A stretch of DNA of 64,000 bases from NCBI RefSeq assembly GCF_035084215.1, contig NC_090340.1, forward strand, positions 15,314,001-15,378,000. Direction: 5' to 3'. Shown piece after piece: positions 51,400 to 62,764 of this stretch. The DNA is from Heptranchias perlo. Taxonomy: Eukaryota. Position 1 is the first letter of the stretch, and the number at the start of each line of letters is the position of its first letter. The position numbers and the translations under genes are program-made. The notes under the pieces are model-generated. The model made no database searches and had not been told where the DNA came from. It worked only from the letters and a program-made list of their open reading frames with translations.

Positions 51400-54300
51400 T
51401 TTTAGCACAGAGCTTGATGAGTACAAGAGTTGGGTGAATCTGCTGAACGGATTGAATTGCAAACAAAGTGAGGACTTTAAAAACGGAAATTTGGTGATAG
51501 TAGGAGTTAATAAGAGGGGGAAGGAAAGCCTAAGTAATTTGTTACAAGCGGAAAAAGTAAATAAGCAAATATATCAATAAATAATCAGTAATTAATTCGA
51601 TCTAAGTGGATAAAATTAAAGTTAACTAAGATTGGATACCAACATTATAAGGATCTGAATTGCATTAAAGAAAATCTGGTATACATAAAAATATATTAAA
51701 ATAATATAGTCGTTAAGTGGTTATTAACTAAAACATATATGTAACATGAGACATATACATAAAACATAAGTAGATAGACAATTAATTAAAATGGTTAGTC
51801 AGCTGAGACGCATTGCCTGCAATTCCTGTGTCCTGGATAACTATATGTGCAGCAAGTGTCTCCACCTGCTCGAACTCAAGCTCAGGGTTTCTGAGCATGA
51901 GGAGAGAATGGAGTCACTGTAACGTCTCCAGGAGGCTGAGAATTTCCTGGACTGCATGTTCGAGGAGGTTGTCACTCCGCAGCCACAGAGAGTTAAGGGG
52001 GATAGCAAGTCAGTGGTCATTCGGAGGGGTAGGGACAGTTAGGCAGTGCAGGAATCCTCTGGGAGTGTGGCACTCCCAAACCAGTTTTCACCACTGAATA
52101 CCGGTGAGGGTGACGACACCTCGAGGTAGAGCACATCCACGTTACCGTGGGGCATATGACTGCATCGGGGGCGGTGCACAGCAAAGTGTAGAAATGCAGT
52201 CGTCACAGGGGATTCGATAGTCAGGGGGACAGACAGGCATTTCAGTAACCGCCGGTGTGAATCTTGCATGGTGTGTTGCCTCTCTGGTGCCGGGGTAAAT
52301 CTTGTATGGTGTGTTGCCTCTCTGGTGCCAGGGCAAAGGACATCACTGATCGAATGCAGAACATTTTGCGTGGAGAAGGGGGATAGCTAGAAGCCGTGGT
52401 CCATGTTGAACCAACGACATAGGTAGGAAAGGGTTGAGATCCACAGTATCTGGAGCAAGGGTGAAAATAAAAGAGCAGGATTCAAACGTAGTAATCTCTG
52501 GATTACTCCCAGTGCCACGTGCTAATGAGTATAGGAGCAGTAAGATAAGACGGGATAATGCGTGGCTGAAGAAATGGTGATAGGTGGGAGGACTTCAGAT
52601 TCCTGGGCCATTAGGACCAGTTCTGGGGCAGGACGGACCTGTACAATATGTTAGATCTCAACAAAGTTGGGACCAATGTCCTCGTGGTGAGGTTTTAAAC
52701 TAATTTGGCAGGAGGAAGGGCAACCAGAATGAAGCATCAGAGAGGAGATACAAGGTGTACCAAGTACTGGGAGAGACAAACAACTTTATAACAAAGAGTA
52801 GTTTAGAAATAGGAGGATTCAGACAGGGGTAAATGCGAGGTAGTCTAAGGTGGGCCTGAAGTGCATGTGTGTAAATGCAAGGAGCATGGCAAATAAGGTT
52901 GGTGAGCTTCAGGGACAAGTAGCTGCATGGGATTATGATATAGTAGCAATAACGGAGACTTAGCTCAAACAAGGGGAGGAATGCACACTTAATATTCCTG
53001 GCTACCCGGAATTTAGGAAAGATAGGGAAAGAAAAAAATGAGGGAATGGCAGTATTGCTCAAAGGTACTGCTCCAGCACTAAAAAGGGATAATCTACATG
53101 AAGGTTCAAAGACAGAATCTATTTGATTAGAATTAAGGAAGAATAGAAGAATTATTATGCTGCTGGATGTATACTATGGGCCACCAAAATAGTGGGAAGG
53201 AGATAGAGGCAGTCAAATTGCAGAAAGATGCAAGTAAGATAGAGTAGTGATAATGGGAGTCTTCAATTGTCCTAGACTGGGAAAATAGCATTGTAAAGGG
53301 CAAAGAGGGGGAGGAATTCTTGAAATATGTACAAGAGAACTTTCTTCATCAGAATGTTTCCAGACCAACAAGGAAGGAAGCAGTGCTGGATCTAGTCTGG
53401 GGAATGAAGTGGGGCTAGTGGAGCATGTTTCAGTGGGGCAGCATTTGGGAAACAGTCAACAAAACATCATTAGGTTTAGAGTTGTTACAGAAAAGGACAA
53501 AGAAAGATCAAATTTGAAAATACTCAACTGGAGGAGAGCTAATTTCTGTGAGCTGAAAAGGGATCTGGCCCAGGTGGATTGGAATCAAAGATTGGCATGT
53601 AAAACCTTAATGAGCAATGGGAGGCCTTCAAAGGGGACATATTTCGGATACAGACTAGAAACATTTCCACGAGGGGGACGGAAGGGCATCTAAAGCTAGA
53701 GCTCCCTGGATAATGAAAGATATAGCGACTAAAATGAAACAGGAAAAGGAGGCTTATGATGAATGTTCGGTTCATAATTCAGTAAAGAACTAAGTTGAAT
53801 ACAGAAAGCACAGAGAACTGAAAAGGAAATAAGAAGGGCTAAGAGAGTGTATGAGAATAGATTAGCAGCTAACATAAAAGGGAACCCAAAAGTCTTTTAT
53901 AAACATATAAATTGTAAGTTGGGGCCAATTGGTGACCAAAAAGGCGATGCTCTTGTGAAGGCAGAGGGCATGGCTGAGGTATTAAATGAGTACTTTGCAT
54001 CTGTCTCCACTAAGGAAGAGAATGCTACCAGTGTCACAGTAAAGGAGGAGATAGTAGAGAAATTGGATAGGATAAAAATAGAAGAAAATGAAGCACGTAA
54101 AAGGTTGGCAGCGTTCAAAGTAGAGAAGTCACCTGGCCCAGAGGGGATGCGTCCTAGGTTGCTGAGGGAAGTAAGGGTGAACATTTTGGCGGCTCTGGCC
54201 ACAATCTTCCAATCCTCCTTAAATATGGAAGTCATGCCAGAGGACTGGAGAATTGGAAATTGGAAATTGGAAATGGAATAAACCCGGCAACTATAGGCCA

Positions 54301-55200
54301 ATCACCCTAACTTCACTGGTGGGGAAACTTTTAGAGACAAAAATCCGGGACAAAATGAATTGGCACTTGGAAGAATATGGTTAATAAATGAAAGCCAGCA
54401 TGGATTTGTTAAAGGCAAATCGTGCTTGACTAACTTGATTGAGTTCTTTGATGAAGTAATGAAGAAGGTTAATGCAGCTGATGTTGTGTATATGAAATTT
54501 CAAAATGTGTTTGATAAAGTACCACTTATTAAATTTGTTAGCACGATTGAAGCCCATGGAATTAGAGGGGCAGTAGCTTCGAGGATACGCAATTAGCTAA
54601 GGGACTGAGAGCAGGGAGCAGTGGTGAGGGTTGTTTTTCAGACTGGAGGGAAGTGTGCAGTGATGTCCCCCAGGTGTCGCTGTTGGGACCGCTGCTCTTT
54701 TTGATATTTGTAAACAATTTTACAACACCAAGTTATAGTCCAGCAATTTTATTTTAAATTCACAAGCTTTCGGAGGCTTCCTCCTTCGTCAGGTGAACGA
54801 TGTGAAAAGGAGGAAGCCTCCGAAAGCTTGTGAATTTAAAATAAAATTGCTGGACTATAACTTGGTGTTGTAAAATTGTTTACAATTGTCAACCCCAGTC
54901 CATCACCGGCATCTCCACATCATGACTTTTTGATATATATTAATGACTTGGACTTGGGTATAGAGGGCATAATTTCAAAGTTTGCAAATGACACTAAATT
55001 CGGAAATGTAGCAAACAGTGAGGAGGATAGTAAAAGACTCCAGGAGGACATAGAGAGACTGGTGAAATGGGCAGATACATGATAGATACAATTTAACACA
55101 GTGAAGTAATTCATTTTGGTAGGAAGAACGAGGAGAGGTAATATAAACCAAATGGTACAATTTTAAAGGGGGTGCAGCAACAGACAGACCTGGGGGTGCA
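51400..55200 (+). mobile_element. Degraded CR1 with ORF1 and ORF2 remnants, 3' end missing
   Basis: ORF1 remnants (CSKCLHLLELKLRVSE, GDSIVRGTDR), APE (CVNARS), ORFs 53847-54281, 54360-54596, 54876-55082; 38-bp tandem duplication at 52260-52336. Confidence 0.85.
54708..54925. mobile_element. 218-bp Penelope-derived hairpin insertion with 11-bp TSD
   Basis: Perfect 79-bp inverted repeat (54708-54786 / 54807-54885), 20-nt loop, TSD CTTTTTGATAT at 54697-54707 and 54926-54936; homologous to the ends of 21611-22389. Confidence 0.92.
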
Positions 55201-56890
55201 CATACACGCCAAGATCCCTTTGTTCCTCTACACCTCTCAGGACCCTTCCATTTATTGTGTACTCCCTTGCCTTGCTTGCCCTCCCCAAATCCATTACCTC
55301 ACATGTCTCTGGATTGAATTCCATCCAAAACTCTCTGAACACCAACACTTAATAGTTTCTCACCATTTAATAAATAATTTGTTTTTCTTCTGTTCCTACT
55401 AAAGTGAATAACTTCACATTTCCCCACATTATACTCCATCTGCCACCTTCTTGCTGACTTTTACCTGTCTAAATCCCTTTGACGACTGTTTGTGTCCTCC
55501 TCACAGCTTACTTTCCCACCTAGCTTTGTATGTTCAGCAAACTTAGATGAATTACACTCGGTCCCGTCATCTAAGTCATTAATATAGATTGTAACTAGCT
55601 GAGGCTCACGCACTGATCCTTGCAGCACCCCACTAGTCACAGCCTGCCAACCTGAAAATGACCCGTTTTTCCCTACTCTCTTTTTTCTGTTCATTAAGCA
55701 ATCCACTTTCACTATCTGTGCTAATATATTACCCCCAACCCCATGAGCCTTTATTTTATGTAACAACCTTCTGTGTAGCACTTTATCAATTGCTTTTTGA
55801 AAATCCAAATATAACATATCCACTGGTTCCCTTTTATCTACTCTGCTAGTTACATCCTCAAAAAACTTCAGTAGATTTGTCAAACACGATTTCCCTTTCA
55901 TAAAATCATGTTGACTCTGTCGAATCATATTATGATTTTCTAAGTGCCCTCTTACTAAGTCCTTAATAATGGATTCCACCATTTTCCCGACAACTGATGC
56001 ATGTTTTCTCTCTCCCTTTTTAAATAGCGCTTTTACGTTTGCAACATTCCAATCCATTGGGACCATTCTAGAATTTAGGGAATTTTGGAAGATCACAACC
56101 AATATATCCACTATCTCTGCAGCCACGTCTTTTAGAACTCTAGGATGTAGCCCATCAGGCCCAGGAGATTTGTCAGCTTTTAGTCCCATTAATTTCTCCA
56201 GTACCTTTTCTTTACTAATATTAATTACGTTAAAGTCCTCACTCTCATTAGACCCTTGGTTCCCCACTATTTCTGGTTTGTTTTTCATGTCTTTTACTGT
56301 GAAGACAGATACAAAATATTTGGTTAACGTCTCTGCCATTTCCTTATTCCCCATTATAATTTCTCCTGACTCTGCCTCTAAGGGACCCACATTTACTTTC
56401 ACTAATCTTTTCCTTTTTACATACTTGTAGAAGCTCTTACAATCTGTTTTTATATTTCTTGTGAGTTAACTCTCGTTTTCTATTTTCTGCCTCTTTATCA
56501 ATTTTTGGTCATCCTTTGCAGGTTTCTAAAACTTTCCTAATCCTCAGGCCTACTTCCATTGTTGACAACGTTATAAGCCTCTTCTTTTAATCTAATGCTA
56601 TCTTTAACGTCTTTAGTTAGCCACGGATGGATCATTTATCCCGTGAAGTTTTTATTCCTCAATGAGATATATATTCATTGAAAATTATGAATTTTCACCA
56701 TTACTTATCGACCGTCATAATCTAATCTAATTTCCCAATCAACCTTAGCCAACTCTCCTCTCATACCTATGTTATTGGCTTTGTTTAAGTTCAAGACACT
56801 AGTTTTGAACTTAAGTACGTAACTCTCGAACTGTGAAATTCTATCATATAATGATCACTCTGCCCCATAGGATGCCTTACTAGGAGATTA
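55201..56890 (-). mobile_element. CR1 RT fragments, paralogous to 37760-39410
   Basis: ORFs 55163-55348 and 55461-56402. Confidence 0.88.
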
Positions 56891-57465
56891 CTTCTTCACT
56901 TTTATAATAGGAACTACCTAATTAAACTTATTTTTCTGTAATGACAGGCTCCCACGAGTACTGCACTCCCTCAGTTTTGCACATCGCTGTTCCTCAGCCT
57001 GTACTTCAGGGAAACTCCTATGCCTCGACTGCTCTGCTTCCTAGACTGTCATAAGTTTTGCAATTTAACTATGAATAATTATATTTAAAAAGTTTATGTA
57101 AATAAAGACCGAATTTATGATTTCAATATGGAGATTGAATTAATTCTGCGTGACCTGGGCCAATTATTTCTCAACCCTCAACCGTTCCTTCATAGCAACA
57201 CCTCCCTTGGTCTTGGCTCCCTGCCACGACCTGAAGTGCCGAGAATTGGTCCTGACTCCATTCTCACCGTGCCCGGACCACAACCGATCTGGTAGCACTC
57301 CAGTGTTTCTTCACTCGTCCAATTCATTTCCTCTATTGCTATTTTTGATTCTTCCACTGCGCTGGCCGAATCTAGCTGTGTTGGTGTGGGTCTGACTGTA
57401 AAGGATTGGACTCTGCGAAGTTCGAATTCTTCATTTGGGTTTGACTACGAAGGACTGGACTTTAG

Positions 57466-57836
57466 GCGCACAGTGGCTGCAGTGTGTACCACCCACAGGA
57501 TGCACTGCAGCAACTTCTTCGACAGCATGTTCCAAACCCGCGACCTCTACCACCTAGAGGTAGAAGGGCAGCAGGCGCATGGGAACAACACCACCTGCAC
57601 GTTCCCCTCGAAGTCACACGCCATCCAGACTTGGAAATATATCGCCGTTCCTTCATCGTCGGTGGGACAAAATCCTGGAGCTCCCTACCTAAAAGCACTG
57701 TGGGAGAACCTTCACCACACAGACTGCAGCCGTTCAAGAAGGCGGCTCACCACCACCTTCTCAAGGGCAATTAGGAATGGGCAATAAATGCTGGCCTTGC
57801 CAGCGACGCCCACATCCCATGAACGAATAAAAAAAC
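57466..57836 (+). mobile_element. Family B LINE 3' fragment inserted after the copy 2/3 duplication
   Basis: Matches 36740-37110; empty site at 39981-40010 (GGACTTTAGGCG..ACAGGCTGCAAAT). Confidence 0.9.
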
Positions 57837-59345
57837 ACAGGCTGCAAATATCTCGGTGTGGAATGGCCAGTTTGGAAAAGTGACCTCCCCACTTATTCCA
57901 GCGGTCCACTCACTCGGTCCATGTATTTTCATGAAAATCTTTTCAGAAAAGTTTGAAGTGTTTATATTTTATCTTCTTTTTGATTTTTATACAAAAAGGA
58001 CACTTATTCTCATTGTCCATAACTGGCCTCTCTGGGGGTTTTCATTCCCAGCGCTACAATCCCCTCTCGAACCACAATTTCTCTAATTCCCACCTCTTAT
58101 GCGCCACCTCCCTTTGTCCTACCATTGCTGGTCATTCTTTCGGCCGTCTAAGCCCCATGTTCCACTATTTCCTCCCTAAAATCGTCTCATTTAAGAGACT
58201 CCTTAAAATCCATCTCTTTTACCAAGCTTTCGGCCGAAACTGGTAGTGTCTCTTTAGTTCGACGTCCATTTTTTTCCTTCCACTTTTGCGTAGCCCCTTG
58301 GGGTGTTTTCTTCTATCATGAAGGAGCTTTAAAAATACAGATTCTTGGGGGTTTCTGATTTTGATTGGCATCATTCGCTACTCTGTATGCTTGAGCAAAT
58401 CCATCAGGTAAACTTAAGGGAGAGTGATTATTTGAATCAATCAGAAAAGTGTTAGGTAATAATTTTGGGAGTAATGCACTTACCTACATTTTTAAAATGC
58501 AGTGTCCATGGACACGAGCAATATGAGAATATTTAGGATGCCCTTCAAATAACGGTGAAGCCTCCGTTGCACTTGACGCTCGTTTGAGGACAATATTATC
58601 GTTCACTATTAATATATTTTGGTCATTGAGCTCTTGACCTGGACGCTCATTAGGCGCACGGTTCTTGTTTATCTAACTAACTTATCCGCTATCAAACCAA
58701 CTTGCGCAGTTTAATCATTGCCGCCATTATTTTGCTCCAAACATTTTTGGCAGGATGCGCTGTTAACTGGAAATTGCATTTGCAAACATGCCCTGATCTC
58801 GGCAGCTGTCTGATGGGATCATCAAATCTCTATTTCCGAACTGTTAAATAAGGTGATTATAATGTAAAAATGGACCCTCGGTCTTTCTCATAAACTATTG
58901 CCACTTTATTTAAGAACTGATTAGAAATGATCTATAAAATTTCCCAGTCTGTACATATTTGACATTTTTACAATATTGTGTGACGAGTGCAACCTAAATG
59001 AGGTGTAATTATCGCACGAGATTCACCACAAGGAGCTTGCACATTCGACATCTTAATCTGGGGCAATCCAATACGGTGCAGCAGCTGTTCGAAAATATAT
59101 TTGCTGTTGGTAAATTCTCCATTTGAAATTCGGATATTATGTTTTCCTAATCCTGCGTTAACCGTGACAAAGGTGATTGCAGTGGCTGCTTCGGAGCAAA
59201 ACGGTCAGCAAATCTCACTTTACAAACGAAACCTATTTTCTGAATCTGCAGACACAGGATGTCAAACGTCATTGCGAGGCATTTCAGCTTAAGTAAGTAA
59301 TCAGTAGTGGAAACAGTCAGTGATCAGTTTAATCTTTTGCTCGGA

Positions 59346-59400
59346 ATGTTGTGGAGTGTGATATTTCTGTTCCTGTCTCTCCGGGGAATTAGATTCACAG
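59346..59400 (+). CDS. IgSF receptor copy 3, exon 1 (signal peptide MLWSVIFLFLSLRGIRFT)
   Basis: 55 nt, donor ACAG|GTACCT, homologous to the copy 1 leader. Confidence 0.85.
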
Positions 59401-59593
59401 GTACCTGTTATTCTCTATCCCAGCTGTCTCAATAAAAACACATCTGAAGGAGTTACCACTTGAATTGAATGAGATTTATTTCGTCCATCTATATTCTTTT
59501 TCCTCTAACTTATTTCCATGTACAAATATTTTCCAAAGTGTCTGGTTCCACATAGAATATAAATAACCAAATGTTTCATATATTTTCGAACAG

Positions 59594-59902
59594 CTGCTGC
59601 ACGTATTTCACAAACACCCGAAAAGATGATTGCATTAAGGGGGACAGACATCACCTTCTACTGTATAATCCCCCTCTCTCATGAAAACTCATGGGTAGAA
59701 GTGCGTTGGTGGAAACAGGGTGAGAACGAATATCTGCAAATAGGCGACGATAACAGAAAACGATTTGGTGTCAAAAATAAAGGAGCTGGTTTCTTTGAGC
59801 TGCGGAACGTGACTTTCCAGGATTCTGGAATCTATCACTGCACAGTGACCCGTCAGGGAAGAGTTAGTGAAAATGGAACGGGCTCAAATCTAATTGTGTG
59901 CG
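59594..59902 (+). CDS. IgSF receptor copy 3, exon 2 (VJ-type V domain)
   Basis: 309 nt phase 1/1; ITFYC, VRWWKQ, DSGIYHC, ENGTGSNLIVC; donor G|GTAAGT. Confidence 0.93.
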
Positions 59903-60736
59903 GTAAGTGACTGGGATGAGCGGGAACGTCCAAATGTATCAGATGTAACAAGAGGTCATTTTGTGATTGTTTTATTGTACATTTTTTGACAGTATGAAAC
60001 ATTTATTTTAATACATTTACAGTCAAACTCAATGTTACTCCGATGTCTCTGTACACAGCTGCCAAATACGCGGCATAAAATGGCGCTTCATTTGCTGAGT
60101 TTTGTGAAATTCCATCAATATTAACCAGATTAAGTAACATGTTACTGGATTCATCTCAAAATGTCGTTTCTACATCAGACTTCTGAGGAGGGAAGGTGCG
60201 GAACAAATTCCAAATATATTGATGACTGACTGAAAATACTTTATATTATTGCGCCATTTATACGGCTCTTACCTTATTTTAGAAGCTTTGTTTGTCCCTG
60301 TCACTGTCGGAGAGGTTTAACGGTCTCTCCTGAAATTAATGCTCACAAAATGACAGGCTGGTTCGATTGGCTGATTTCAAATCAGATGTAATTAACTCAA
60401 CAAACGGCACCATGAACCAAAATATCGCCGCCTCTTTCGTCTCCAATAAATAAAATATTCCCCAGACACTGTGCGGCTGATGCTTTCTGAGATTGAATGG
60501 AATGTAATTTCCTTCAGCCATTCCCATGCTCGGGCAGTGTGAGCTCTCCGATAATCATTTGGTCCCTCCTTTTATTCTCGGAAATGTACAGATTTTTCGT
60601 TTCTCTCTTGGGGAGACAGTCAAACAGAGCCAGAGTTACTAACAAACAGGGAATGACTGAGAATGGCATTCATCTCTCATCTCTCATCTCTCAATATCTC
60701 CCAGTAACCTGATTTTCCCATTTCTCTGTTCGACAG

Positions 60737-61048
60737 TTGCCCCAACTCCACTGAAGATTGTCTCCAGGACACCCGAGAGCAAATCGTCTGCCTCTCTGAC
60801 TCTTGTGTGTGAAACGGCTGAGTTTTACCCGGAGGATTTCACCCTCACTTGGTATAAAAATGGCGTCAAAACCACAACTGGGATAAATATCACTAAACGG
60901 CAAAACGCTGGGGGTCTGTATGAAGTTTCCAGTTCTTTGGAAGAGAAGCAGCTTAAGCGGAATGGATCTGTTTACATCTGTTTGGTAACTCATGTCAGCC
61001 TACCGACACCCGCCATTGTAACCTACACTGTAAGCAATTCCAACCCAG
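60737..61048 (+). CDS. IgSF receptor copy 3, exon 3 (C1-set domain)
   Basis: 312 nt phase 1/1, open; LVCETAEFYP, WYKNG, YICLVTH; donor CAG|GTAAGA. Confidence 0.93.
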
Positions 61049-62200
61049 GTAAGAGGCCAACAGGCCAAGAACTGAGGTCAGCTACTGTTAAATACTGAAA
61101 AGGTATTTCATAGAGTTTGTTCATATTGATAATCGTAAGACAATTTGAATAAAATTCCCGGGAAAGGAAACAGAAAATTCCTGTTTCAATATAATATATT
61201 ATTGACCTGAACCTGTTGTAAAACCGGAAGTAATATTATCGCTCTCCACCCAGAAACTGCAAGTTAAACCTCGACTGCTTCCAAATTGTTAAAAAAAATG
61301 AGCAGGGATTTTATCTTTTCTATCCAATTATTTTATGTCTCTTGCTTATTACTAAACATTCTAATTTGTCCTCTTGTTAAAGTGTTTTTATTCTATCGCA
61401 TTATATTCTTTCCTTACATGAGCTGCAGGACCAGGAGCTGCAGTTCGGTGTCTGCCATCGAGCCTCTTCTGGTGCGGCTCCTGATTCCGAGCGCTGTTGG
61501 GCGATTCATTGTGAATGGGTCAGAAATCGACCTTGTGGATAGGCCGTAATCTGACCCCTCCAGGATACAGAAGTTTGGAGCGGGATCCCATTTCATACCT
61601 TTCATTCAGGCCCTGCCCCAGATCTGTCTGTACTACAACCGGGTGCAAAGCATCGTTTTATTAACAACCATTTTTCTGTAATTAACAAATAATCGTGTGC
61701 TGGTTTCCTTTCCTATTCAGTGACAGTCTTATTTCGGTAAATACGCTGCAGATAATTGAATTGACGTTTAAACCAATTGATACAATCAGCCTTTTTTCTC
61801 AAACAATGGCGAGTCACATGTCGCTGACTGGCCCTGATTTCATCAAACAAGCGCTTAAGAGCAGAAGAAAAGTCAATTCGAAGAGCAAGCCATTCGGTCC
61901 ATCGAAACTTATTCTTCTAGAATTCCAACTTTCCCAAACCAATCTTCAGAACACCCTAAACTGGTTCCCTCCGTCGCAGATTATTCCGGTCATGTGTCAC
62001 CCTTTTTGACAAGAAGCTCCTTTTGATATCAGTTCTAAAAAGATAAATTAAGATTATTTTCAAATTCCGACGTACTCGTGCTATAATGCGGAGTTACTGT
62101 AAATATGAACAGTAGTTCAACCAACCAAAGTTATCCCGACGTCTCCATTTAGGTAACGTCCGCCACAAATTAGAACTCTATGTTGCTTTTCATCTTGCAG

Positions 62201-62311
62201 ATCGTGACGGTAAATATCGTTACCTTTGGGGTGTTGGATGTGCGGTGGGTGAATTGGCGTTTCTCGTGCTCATAATCATCATTGGGACAAGATGCAATTT
62301 GACGAATAAAC
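62201..62311 (+). CDS. IgSF receptor copy 3, exon 4 (stalk, TM with Glu); gene continues beyond the window
   Basis: Acceptor CATCTTGCAG, donor C|GTAAGT, 111 nt phase 1/1; DRDGKYRYLWGVGCAVGELAFLVLIIIIGTRCNLTNK; aligns without gaps to the copy 1 TM. Confidence 0.88.
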
Positions 62312-62764
62312 GTAAGTGTTACCTTAATCGTCTTATTTTCAGAAAAATATTCAGAGGGATAGTTAGAGCGTCATGGGCGGCACAGCAGGAGAATAGTGCG
62401 ATTGTTATTTAAAGGTGAAGGTGATATTATCTGATGCCAAAGGAATAGAGACCACCGCTTGCTGCAAATGGCACCGAATTCAGCATCGTACAATGCAAGA
62501 ATCCTCACAGAATCATATTATAAAGAATCTGATTATCTGGATTTTAATAAGGGAAATTTCCACTTTGTGGCAGATAAGTGAAATCTGATCGATTGTTTGA
62601 TCAATTTGCGGGTCCCTGACTATTTTGGGTAAAGTGGTGTCAGTGTCCAGTCGGTGTCGATGTGCACGACTGCTGATGGCTTCAGGGACTCGGATTTACA
62701 ATACAATCCGGAAAATGTGATATCACTAAATAACTGCGACGAGGAAGACCATTCGGTCCATCCG

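Noticed and set aside
59841-59847. CACAGTG heptamer overlapping the F-strand Cys codon of the copy 3 V exon
   Set aside because: No ACAAAAACC-like nonamer at 12 or 23 bp, copy 1 has CGCAGTG, and the J-like strand is already in the exon; no evidence of V(D)J rearrangement.
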